From an uncultured Oscillospiraceae bacterium (GTDB lineage: Bacteria; Bacillota; Clostridia; Oscillospirales; Oscillospiraceae): a DNA stretch of 64,000 bases. This document shows positions 41,863 through 49,985 of this stretch, piece after piece. Below the pieces are notes generated by a model. It saw only the letters and a program-made list of their open reading frames with translations. It was not told the origin of the DNA and did no database searches. The stretch is taken from NCBI GenBank assembly GCA_910588045.1, contig CAJUPS010000008.1, positions 4,012-68,011 of the forward strand, read 5' to 3'. Within the stretch, counting starts at the first letter, position 1. Each line of letters begins with the position of its first letter. Made by a program: the position numbers and the translations under genes.

Positions 41863-42880
41863 GCAGGCCATGGATTCCCTGTCCCTCTCCCCCGAGGCCG
41901 ACGCCCGCATCCGGGAGAAGCTGCGCCCCTCCAAGCGGCGCATACGCCTCCGCCCCGCAGTCGTTGCAGCGGCGGCGGTGCTGGTCCTGATCCTGGGAAC
42001 CACGGCGATGGCCAGCGGCATCTTCTACCACGACATCCCGGACGCCATTGCACAGAGCCTTGAGCCAATCCAGCTGAGCAGCACCAGCCAGGGTATTACC
42101 ATGACCGTCCAGTCCGCCACCGTGGAGGACGGTATGTTCACGGCCTATATCACCATGCAGGATGAGCAGGACGGAGAACGGCTGTCCCAGGGGGTGGACT
42201 TCTACGACAGCTACCGGATCAACACGCCCTATCGCGCCAGCGAGGTCCTCAGCGGCTACCGGCCGTTGGGCTACGACGAGCAGAGCGGCTCCTATGGCTT
42301 CCTGGTCCAGATTCAGGCAAAGGACGAAAATGGACGGACGCTGGATTTCTCCAAGGACAAATTCACCTTCTCCGTCCGACAGCTGATGTTGGGGCAGACG
42401 AAAAGCGAGCCGGAGCTGTTCCTGGATTGGTCCTCCCTGCCCATGGAACCTCAGACCGAGCAAAAATACTGTCTCGGCGTCTCGCACCAGGAGGGCTATG
42501 AGAAGCCGCAGCGATACCCTGACGGCACAGCGGACTTTCTCTGCCCCGGGACCATGGACGTTCCGGTCACGGACGGCGTCGCCATCACCGCCGGAGGATT
42601 CCTGGACGGCAAGCTCCACCTGCTGCTGCGCTATGACAATTATGGTCCGGATAACCACGGCTGGCTGAATCTGATCTCTCCGGACGATGGCCGGGAGGAT
42701 ATAACCAAGTGCGTCTCCATGAATTATCGGGAGGAGGACGGCAGCAAATACAACGAGCTGATCTACGACGTCACCCCCGAGGACCTGGAGGGCCGTACCC
42801 TGTCCGGCAGGTTTACCACCGGCGGCTACCTGCTGAACGGGGACTGGAAGGTGACCTTCTCCCTGACGGAAGAGTCGTAA
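41846..42880 (+). CDS. DUF4179-type membrane-anchored putative anti-sigma factor (second copy)
   Basis: One TM (AVVAAAAVLVLILGTTAMA) and a large extracytoplasmic domain. Overlaps the sigma gene by 17 nt, as in the 13.4-15.0 kb pair. Confidence 0.65.
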   Translation: MRSHYRQAMDSLSLSPEADARIREKLRPSKRRIRLRPAVVAAAAVLVLILGTTAMASGIFYHDIPDAIAQSLEPIQLSSTSQGITMTVQSATVEDGMFTAYITMQDEQDGERLSQGVDFYDSYRINTPYRASEVLSGYRPLGYDEQSGSYGFLVQIQAKDENGRTLDFSKDKFTFSVRQLMLGQTKSEPELFLDWSSLPMEPQTEQKYCLGVSHQEGYEKPQRYPDGTADFLCPGTMDVPVTDGVAITAGGFLDGKLHLLLRYDNYGPDNHGWLNLISPDDGREDITKCVSMNYREEDGSKYNELIYDVTPEDLEGRTLSGRFTTGGYLLNGDWKVTFSLTEES

Positions 42881-42956
42881 TGTTCACAAAATTCTGTTGA
42901 TTTGCCCGATACTCCGTGGTATAGTGGCTCAATAACAACACCAAGGAGTGTCCGCC

Positions 42957-44666
42957 ATGAAGCTCACCACCGCCAGCCGCACCTTCCAGCTCCTCACCCG
43001 CATCCTGGACGTGCGTACCCCCACCGAGCCCTTCCTGCCCTCCGTCCCGGAAAAGCCCGCCATCCCCCTGGGGGACGTACAGCAGCCCTTCCCCCGGGCC
43101 ACCCCGGAGAGCCAGGGCCTCTCCTCCCGGCACATCCGGTCCTTCCTGGAGGAGCTGGACCGCGGCCGGGACCTCTACGCCCAGGACGTGATGATCCTCC
43201 GCAACGGAAAGGTGGTCTGTGAGGCCGCCTACGGTTCCCAGGACCTGCGCTCGGCCAAGTACACCTTCTCCGCCTGCAAGAGCGTGGTATCCCTGGCCGT
43301 GGGGCTGCTGGTGGACGACGGACTGCTGTCCGTCCGGGACACGGTAGCGGACATCTTTGACGAGGACGGCTCCCACCGCCGCAAGCTCAAAGGCATGACC
43401 GTGGAGGACCTGCTGACCATGCGCTCCGGCGTCCTGTTCACCGAGGCGGAGGCCCTGACGGAGGCGGATTGGGTCCGCCGGTTCCTGGAGGACTCCCTCC
43501 AGGGCGAGCCGGGCACAGAGTTTGCCTACAGCAGTCTGAACACCTACATGCTCTCCGCCATCGTCTGCCGCAAAACCGGAAAGAGCCTGACGGAGTTTCT
43601 CCGGGAGCGCCTGTTCGCCCCCATGGGCATCACGGACTTCCACTGGGAGACCTGCCCCAAGGGCATCGAGAAGGGCGGCTGGGGCCTCTACATCCGCCCT
43701 GAGGACCTGGCGAAGCTGGGCCAACTGGTGATGGATGGCGGTCTGTGGCGCGGAGAGCGGCTGATTTCCCGGGAGTACCTGGCCGCCGCCACCACGGCCC
43801 ACGCCGTTCCCCCGGCGGAAACCGGGGATTTCAACTACGGCTATCAGATCTGGGTGGGGCGGCACGAGAACACCTTCCTGTTCAACGGAATGTTGGGCCA
43901 GAACGTCCTGGGCTTCCGGGACACGGGGATCATCGTCGTATCCCACGCCGGTGCGGACACAGACTTCCAGGAGAGCCGGTATTTTGAAATCGTCAGCCGG
44001 TACTTCGGCGGCGCTTTCCCCGCCCAGGTCCCGGAGGACGCGGAGGCCCAAGGGGCGCTGGCGGACACGGTTCGCTCCCTCTCCGCCTACAGCCGGGAAC
44101 CCGAGCCCATCGGCTCCGCCGCCGCGCCCTTCCTGAACCGCTCCTTCGTCGTCCGGGACAGCCGCGCCGCCTCCGTCGGCCTGCTCCCCCTGGCCCTCCA
44201 GGCGCTGTACAACCACTACGCCGCCGGGGTGACATCCGTGGCCGTCAGCGCCAAGGGTGAGCTGCCGGAATTGATCTACCGGGAGGCAGACGCGCTCCAC
44301 CGCCTCCCGGTGGGCCTGGGCCGTCCGGCAGTGACAGAGCTGGACTTCCACGGGAACGTGTTCCACGTGGCCGCCCTGGGCCGCTTCACCCACGACGAGG
44401 AGGAGCGCCCCGTGTTCTACATCCGTCTGGACTTCATCGAGACGCCCTGCGTCCGGATCCTCAAGCTGGTGCTGGATGGGAACCGGATGCTCCTGCGGCA
44501 GACGGAGACGCCGGGGATCCCCTACATCAGCGGAAAGCTGTCCCAGGCCGCGCAGTCTCCCCTATATCGTCCCCTGCTGCTGGTGGCCGCGGGGGGCGCG
44601 GAGGAGGACTACCTCCTATTCAAAACCCAGCAGGTGCTCTCCCCAGAGCTGACCTGCTCAGAATAA
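42957..44666 (+). CDS. Serine hydrolase, beta-lactamase (class C/PBP4*-like) family, with a C-terminal extension
   Basis: ATG 42957 follows AAGGAG. Active-site S-x-x-K (SACKS) and a YxN-like motif (YSSLN). Confidence 0.75.
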   Translation: MKLTTASRTFQLLTRILDVRTPTEPFLPSVPEKPAIPLGDVQQPFPRATPESQGLSSRHIRSFLEELDRGRDLYAQDVMILRNGKVVCEAAYGSQDLRSAKYTFSACKSVVSLAVGLLVDDGLLSVRDTVADIFDEDGSHRRKLKGMTVEDLLTMRSGVLFTEAEALTEADWVRRFLEDSLQGEPGTEFAYSSLNTYMLSAIVCRKTGKSLTEFLRERLFAPMGITDFHWETCPKGIEKGGWGLYIRPEDLAKLGQLVMDGGLWRGERLISREYLAAATTAHAVPPAETGDFNYGYQIWVGRHENTFLFNGMLGQNVLGFRDTGIIVVSHAGADTDFQESRYFEIVSRYFGGAFPAQVPEDAEAQGALADTVRSLSAYSREPEPIGSAAAPFLNRSFVVRDSRAASVGLLPLALQALYNHYAAGVTSVAVSAKGELPELIYREADALHRLPVGLGRPAVTELDFHGNVFHVAALGRFTHDEEERPVFYIRLDFIETPCVRILKLVLDGNRMLLRQTETPGIPYISGKLSQAAQSPLYRPLLLVAAGGAEEDYLLFKTQQVLSPELTCSE

Positions 44667-44672
44667 CAGAAT

Positions 44673-44706
44673 GAGCGTCCCGGGACCATTTCATCCCGGG
44701 ACGCTC
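44673..44706. terminator. Bidirectional terminator between convergent genes
   Basis: 13-bp stem GAGCGTCCCGGGA / TCCCGGGACGCTC with an 8-nt loop. Confidence 0.6.
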
Positions 44707-44712
44707 CCTCTG

Positions 44713-45105
44713 TTACTCCGATTTCTCCGCAAACAACTCCTCCACAAGCTCCTCCGCCTCCGCGAGACGCGCCGCGGGAACAAAAAACCGGAGGGTTTCC
44801 GCCAGCGAACCCGTCTTGATGGCCAGCCCGGCTCCCAGAGAGCTCTCCTTGACAAAGGGGATGTCGTGCTGCCGAAGAACGTCCGCCAGCATCCCCGCCC
44901 AGATCGGGCTCTTCTCCGTCAGGAAGCACATGCCCTCCTGTTTCCCGGCCGGGGGCGCTGTCAGGGTCTCATAGGTCTCCATGCTCATGATCACCAGGTC
45001 GCCGTAGCCGTTTTTGGTGATGAAAATCGGCTCATTTTTCGCGTGACAGAGCTCTGAAATCTCGGTCGTATTGCGCAGGTCGGTGATCGGTCTGATCTGC
45101 GGCAT
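44713..45105 (-). CDS. Phd/YefM-type antitoxin N-terminal domain fused to a DUF2007-like domain
   Basis: Residues 1-50 (IRPITDLRNTTEISELCHAKNEPIFITKNGYGDLVIMSMETYETL) look like Phd/YefM. Residues about 60-125 (...AGMLADVLRQHDIPFVKE...FFVPAARLAEAEELVEELF) look like DUF2007. Confidence 0.6.
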   Translation of the reverse strand: MPQIRPITDLRNTTEISELCHAKNEPIFITKNGYGDLVIMSMETYETLTAPPAGKQEGMCFLTEKSPIWAGMLADVLRQHDIPFVKESSLGAGLAIKTGSLAETLRFFVPAARLAEAEELVEELFAEKSE

Positions 45106-45131
45106 ATCATCTCCTCCCTTCTATGTGCATA

Positions 45132-45160
45132 ATTATAGCATAATTACGCGCATCCTGCAA
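45132..45160 (-). promoter_or_regulatory. Sigma-A-like promoter of the Phd-fusion gene, overlapping a duplicated GCATAATTA motif
   Basis: On the minus strand: TTGCAG, a 17-bp spacer, then TATAAT. The -10 region contains GCATAATTA twice (45127-45147 on the plus strand) and the palindrome ATAATTAT. Confidence 0.5.
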
Positions 45161-45285
45161 CCGTTTTTTTACCAGATGACCTTTTGGAAATTTTACAAGT
45201 GAGCCTTGCTGGACAACTTTCCTCCCCTGTGCCATACTGTAGATGCCGGTAATAACAGGAATATCAACTGATTGGAGGAGGATTT

Positions 45286-46257
45286 ATGCCGTTGTCCATT
45301 GGAGAAAAGATTTCCCTGCTGCGGAAGGAACGGAATATCACCCAGACAGAGCTTGCGGAGTACCTCTTTTTAGCGCCGCAGACGGTTTCCCGATGGGAGG
45401 CGGGCGGCGGAACGCCGGAGATCACCCTGCTGCCCAGAATCGCGGCCTTTTTCAGCGTGAGCATCGATGAGCTGTTCGGGGTGACTTCCCTGAAACGGGC
45501 GGAGGACCTGGTGTGCAAATACTCCGTCCTGCGGGACGAGCGGTCCTTTCAGGAGGCTATGGAGTGCGTGAACTCTCAGATGCAAACCATCGGCGCTGCT
45601 CTCAAAAGCGGCGCGGAGGACCCCGCCGGACTGGAGGCAGACCTGGACCAGCTGGAGGCGGAGAAGATGCACCTGTGGATCCAGCAGGGCCGGGAAGCCT
45701 TTCAGCGGGCTTTGAACATCGCGGATTCCTTTGTGGAGAAGACGGAGGGGCGTCCGGAACACCTGTGGTATCTGCCCATGCGGCTGCAAAGAAATCAGCT
45801 GCGCGCGAACCTGGGAGTAGGGCGGGACGTTCTGGCGGAGTGCAGGAAAAACTTTGTGGAAGGTCCGGACGTGACCACGCTCCAGCTGTATCTCAACATG
45901 CTGTCAGAGCTTCAGAACTATGGGGCGGTCCTTGACATCCGGAATACGGAACCCGCAGTTGAGGAGATTCTATTTCCGGTCTCGGAGAAGAATCTGGACA
46001 TATGGTGGCTGCTCGTGAAAGCCGCCGCCGAAACAGACCGTGCGGATTTCATTGCCCAGTATCTGTCACCCATCCTGGCGGTCTGCACAGAACGGGATGA
46101 ATATGAGTTTCTTATGGTCCTGCTCCCCTTCTATCAGAGGGGGCGGCAGGAGGAACAACTGGCGGAGGCCAAGGGGAGGCTGCTGTCTCTGCTGCCGGGA
46201 ATGGGGTTCAACCAGTATTTTGAAGAAAAGGTCAGACAGAGGATCGAAGCATTCTGA
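45286..46257 (+). CDS. XRE-family HTH transcriptional regulator with a helical (TPR-like) C-terminal domain
   Basis: N-terminal HTH_3 (IGEKISLLRKERNITQTELAEYLFLAPQTVSRWEAG) followed by about 250 aa predicted helical. Confidence 0.8.
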   Translation: MPLSIGEKISLLRKERNITQTELAEYLFLAPQTVSRWEAGGGTPEITLLPRIAAFFSVSIDELFGVTSLKRAEDLVCKYSVLRDERSFQEAMECVNSQMQTIGAALKSGAEDPAGLEADLDQLEAEKMHLWIQQGREAFQRALNIADSFVEKTEGRPEHLWYLPMRLQRNQLRANLGVGRDVLAECRKNFVEGPDVTTLQLYLNMLSELQNYGAVLDIRNTEPAVEEILFPVSEKNLDIWWLLVKAAAETDRADFIAQYLSPILAVCTERDEYEFLMVLLPFYQRGRQEEQLAEAKGRLLSLLPGMGFNQYFEEKVRQRIEAF

Positions 46258-46275
46258 ACCCGGTCCGGCACACAG

Positions 46276-46320
46276 CAAAGAGGGAGCTTCCGGGGTTTTT
46301 CCCGCAAGCTCCCTCTTTTG
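46276..46320. terminator. Bidirectional terminator between the XRE gene and spoIVA
   Basis: 14-bp stem CAAAGAGGGAGCTT / AAGCTCCCTCTTTG. Confidence 0.65.
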
Positions 46321-46321
46321 T

Positions 46322-47800
46322 TTACAATATGATGCAGATCAGTCCGCCGCTGCCCTCGTTGACGATTCTTTGCAGCGTCTCTTGGAATTTCAGCCGTGCA
46401 TCCATGGGCATCCGGTAGAGCTTCGCCTGCAAGTCCTCGTTGACCAGCTCGTGGAAGCTGCGGCCGAAGATGTTGCTCTCCCAGATCTGGGCCGGGTCGC
46501 CGGAGAACTTCTCCATGAGGTAGTTCACCATATCCTCGCTCTGCTTCTCGTTGCCCACGATGGGGGACACCGTGGACTCGATGTCCACCTTGAACATGTG
46601 AATGGACGGGGCGCTGGCCTTCAGCTTCACGCCGTAGCGTCCCCCCTGCCGCATGATCTCCGGCTCCTCCAGCAGCAGCTCCTCCATGGTGGGCATGACG
46701 ATGCCGTAGCCGGTCTCATACACGTTGGTCAGGGCGTCGGACACCTTGTCGAACCGGGCCTTTACCCCCGCCAGGTTGGTCAGCAGCTCCATCAGGTCCC
46801 CGTCGTCGGCCACCGTAAATCCGGACTGGGTGGACAGCGTCTCGTAGAACAGGGACCTGGGCAGCTGGAGCTCCGCCGAGGCCACGCCCTTCCCCAGGTC
46901 GATGGACAGCACCCGGCTGAGGGAGATGTTCTCCTGCTCCCCCATCTCCTTGACCACGCTCTCCACGTCCCGGATGTGGGCCATCCGGTTTCCGCCCTCC
47001 CGGACCACGCCGTAGACCGCCGTCTGGATGGGGTGGCCCACCGGAAGCGCGTCCACCCAGGCGGGCAGGAAGAAGCGCAGCTCCCGCAGGGGGAACTCGT
47101 AGAGGATGGATTTGATGATGTACGTGATGGACTCCTCCGTCAGCTCCAGGCAGTTCACCGGCAGGCACTGGACGCCGAAGCGGCTGGCGATGTCCCGGCT
47201 GATGCTGACGGCCCGGCTGCCCCGGGGGTCCTGGGAGTTGAGCAGCACCACGAAGGGCTTGCCCAGCTCCTGGAGCTCGGTGATGACCCGCTCCTCCGCC
47301 TCCAGGTAGTCCTCCCGGGGGATGTCGGTGACGGAACCGTCGGTGGTGATGACCACGCCCACGGTGGAGTGCTCCTGGATGACCTTCCGGGTGCCGATCT
47401 CGGCGGCCTCGGCCATGGGGATCTCGTGGTCCATCCATGGCGTCATGACCATCCGGGGTTCCCCGTCCTCGAACTGTCCCATGGCCCCCGGGACCATGTA
47501 GCCCACGCTGTCGATGAGGCGCACCGCGAAGCTGGCCCCGCCCTCCAGGGTGATGTCCACCGCCTCCTCAGGGACGAACTTAGGCTCGGCGGTCATGATA
47601 GTCTTCCCGCTGCCGGACTGGGGGAGCTCGTCGATGGCTCGCTCCCGGCGGTAGACGTTGTCGATGTTGGGGATGACGCAGGTCTCCATGAACCGCTTGA
47701 TAAAGGTGGACTTTCCCGTCCTGACCGGTCCCAGCACTCCCACAAACAGGGAACCGCCGGTCCGTGTGGCAATATCCTGATAGAGATCCGTGTTTGTCAT
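46322..47800 (-). CDS. spoIVA: Stage IV sporulation protein A (spore coat morphogenetic ATPase)
   Basis: ATG 47800 follows GGGAGG. N-terminus DIATRTGGSLFVGVLGPVRTGKSTFIKRFME (Walker A) and full-length similarity to SpoIVA as I recall it. Confidence 0.92.
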   Translation of the reverse strand: MTNTDLYQDIATRTGGSLFVGVLGPVRTGKSTFIKRFMETCVIPNIDNVYRRERAIDELPQSGSGKTIMTAEPKFVPEEAVDITLEGGASFAVRLIDSVGYMVPGAMGQFEDGEPRMVMTPWMDHEIPMAEAAEIGTRKVIQEHSTVGVVITTDGSVTDIPREDYLEAEERVITELQELGKPFVVLLNSQDPRGSRAVSISRDIASRFGVQCLPVNCLELTEESITYIIKSILYEFPLRELRFFLPAWVDALPVGHPIQTAVYGVVREGGNRMAHIRDVESVVKEMGEQENISLSRVLSIDLGKGVASAELQLPRSLFYETLSTQSGFTVADDGDLMELLTNLAGVKARFDKVSDALTNVYETGYGIVMPTMEELLLEEPEIMRQGGRYGVKLKASAPSIHMFKVDIESTVSPIVGNEKQSEDMVNYLMEKFSGDPAQIWESNIFGRSFHELVNEDLQAKLYRMPMDARLKFQETLQRIVNEGSGGLICIIL

Positions 47801-47873
47801 AGTTACCTCCCATGCGCCCAGGCGCATTTTTGTAAAACCTCCGTGCGTGGGAGGTTTTCCTTCTACTGTTGTA

Positions 47874-47902
47874 ACTGTATGACAGCCTGGCCGGAAATAT
47901 GC
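47874..47902 (-). promoter_or_regulatory. Candidate sigma-E-type promoter of spoIVA
   Basis: On the minus strand: GCATATTT, a 13-14 nt spacer, then CATACAGT. It resembles the B. subtilis sigma-E consensus (ATATT...CATACA-T) and lies about 70 nt upstream of the ATG. Confidence 0.4.
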
Positions 47903-47903
47903 A

Positions 47904-48137
47904 TCGACAAAGATGCGAAGCATCTTTGTCGAAAGGGTTCCGCTTTGCTCTGCGCCTCGGTTGTCCGCTTACAGCGGACAATTCGACGCTCGCTCCGCGC
48001 AAAGTGTTTTTCCGAGGTACACGCCCCCGGAAAAACGATTGAAATTTATTTGCCGCCTGCGGGCGGCAAACTCCTGCGGAGGGCTTTGGGGGAAAGTTGA
48101 ACCAGCCCTCCGTTTGAGAGGGCCGGTCCAGCTTTCC
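47904..48137. repeat. Array of at least five GC-rich stem-loops (REP-like intergenic element)
   Basis: Hairpins at 47904-47932 (13-bp stem, GAA loop), 47961-47981, 48007-48035, 48050-48069 and 48078-48111. Same style as the array at 15876-15994. Confidence 0.55.
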
Positions 48138-49985
48138 TCAATAATACTGCGCCTGAGCTCGCCAGAGTTGGGCGTAAAGGCCCTCCTCCTGGGCCAGGAG
48201 CTCCTCATGGGCGCCGGTCTGGACGATGGCCCCGCCGTCAAAGACATACACCACGTCACAGAACCGGCAGGAGGACATGCGGTGGGAGATATAAACGCTC
48301 GTCTTTCCCTCCACCATCCGGCCGAAACGGCTGTAGATCTCGTACTCGCTGACCGGGTCCAGGGCGGCGGTGGGCTCGTCTAAGATGACCACGGGGGCGT
48401 CCTTGTAGAGGGCTCGGGCGATGGCCAGCTTCTGGCCCTCGCCGCCGGAGAGCTCCACGCCGTCCTCCTTCTGCTGGAAGAGGCCGGTGTCCAGCTTTTC
48501 CGGCATGGCCGCCACGCACTCACGCATTCCGGATTTCTCCAGACAGTCCCAGACCCGCCTATGGTCGTAGTCCACGCTTGCCGCCACGTTCTCCCCCAGC
48601 TTCATGGAGAAGAGCTTGAAGTCCTGGAACACCACCGACAGCAGGGACAGGTACTCGCCGTAGTCGTACTTGCGGATGTCGATGCCGTTGAGCAAGATTT
48701 CCCCCTCCGTGGGGTCGTAGAGGCGGCAGAGGAGCTTGATGAAGGTGGTCTTCCCCGCACCGTTGGGGCCCACGATGGCCAGCTTCTGGCCCTTGGGCAG
48801 GGTGCAGGTCACGTGGCGGAGGCTCCACTGCTCCTGGTTGGGGTAGCGGAAGCTCACGTCCCGGAACTCCAGGTCGTAGTCCCCGTCGTCCCGCTTCTCC
48901 ACGGGGAGGGTGCCGTTGTATTTTTGCGAGGGGGTATCCAAAAAGGCGGCGAACTCCCGCATGTACTTCCTGTGGAGGTCCAGGTGGCCCAGCATCTCGA
49001 TGCCCTGGCTCACCGCCCCGGCGAAGGCGGTAATGGCCCCCACCTGCATGGACACCGCGCCCACGGTGATGAGGCCCGCCATGGCCTTGAGACCCACGAA
49101 GGCGTAGGACAGGAGCACGGTCAGCAGGTTCACCACCGAGATCAGGGAGCGGATCGTCTGAGCCCGCATGTAATTCTTCCTGAACCGGGCGTTTTTGGTC
49201 TTCTCGTTGCGCATGAATTTGTCCAGGACCATACCGCCCAGGTTGTAGGTCCGCATATCCTTCCCCACCGGGTAGTCCACCAGGCGGTAGAAGGCCCCGA
49301 AGCGGCGGTTGCCGTCGATGCCGTCCTCGTACATCTTCATATCCGCCTCGTTGACCCATTTGGTCAGAGGGATGCTCGCCGCCGTCACCCCTAAAGCGGC
49401 CGCCAGCAGCGCCAGCGCCGCCCAGGGGGCGTTCAGGAAGCGCACCCACGCCGGGGCGTCCGGGGCCACATTCCCCGGGACAAACAGGCGGCTCACCGTC
49501 AGCAGGGCATAGAGGATGGTCGCCCCGTGACCTAGAGCATCGGCCAGGTCATAGAGAAACCCCAGCGTGCCGCCACCGCCGCCGCAGTTCCGGCTGGCCT
49601 CCACGGCCCGGGTCTTCCTGTCCATGATCTCCTGGGTCTCCAGCTGCTGATAGTCCATGGTCAGACACTTCTTCATAACCGCCATATCCGTCAGATTGTC
49701 GGACTTGCGCAGCTGGCTGTCCTTGTAGGGCTTCAACAGTCGGACGGCCAATCCGATGCCAAAGTTCAGACCCACCATCCACCAGACCAGGGTCATGACC
49801 CCCTCGCCGCCGGTCAAGAGGCAGTCCAGGATCTTCGCCCCCAGGATGATGCTCACAAAGGGAAACGCCGAATCCAGCAGGGCGCACAAAACCGTCACCG
49901 GCAGCAGTCCCGGCATTTCCTCCGATACCACCCGGAGGGACGCGCGGAAGTCCCGGAAAAATTCCCGCAGCTCAGTTTTCTTCAT
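48138..49985 (-). CDS. ABC exporter, fused permease/ATPase half-transporter (MdlB/MsbA-like), subunit 2
   Basis: Start reset to ATG 49985 (MKKTELREFF), overlapping the upstream gene by 14 nt. Six TM segments, then GPNGAGKTT, LSGGEGQKLAIARAL and VVILDEPT. Confidence 0.85.
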   Translation of the reverse strand: MKKTELREFFRDFRASLRVVSEEMPGLLPVTVLCALLDSAFPFVSIILGAKILDCLLTGGEGVMTLVWWMVGLNFGIGLAVRLLKPYKDSQLRKSDNLTDMAVMKKCLTMDYQQLETQEIMDRKTRAVEASRNCGGGGGTLGFLYDLADALGHGATILYALLTVSRLFVPGNVAPDAPAWVRFLNAPWAALALLAAALGVTAASIPLTKWVNEADMKMYEDGIDGNRRFGAFYRLVDYPVGKDMRTYNLGGMVLDKFMRNEKTKNARFRKNYMRAQTIRSLISVVNLLTVLLSYAFVGLKAMAGLITVGAVSMQVGAITAFAGAVSQGIEMLGHLDLHRKYMREFAAFLDTPSQKYNGTLPVEKRDDGDYDLEFRDVSFRYPNQEQWSLRHVTCTLPKGQKLAIVGPNGAGKTTFIKLLCRLYDPTEGEILLNGIDIRKYDYGEYLSLLSVVFQDFKLFSMKLGENVAASVDYDHRRVWDCLEKSGMRECVAAMPEKLDTGLFQQKEDGVELSGGEGQKLAIARALYKDAPVVILDEPTAALDPVSEYEIYSRFGRMVEGKTSVYISHRMSSCRFCDVVYVFDGGAIVQTGAHEELLAQEEGLYAQLWRAQAQYY

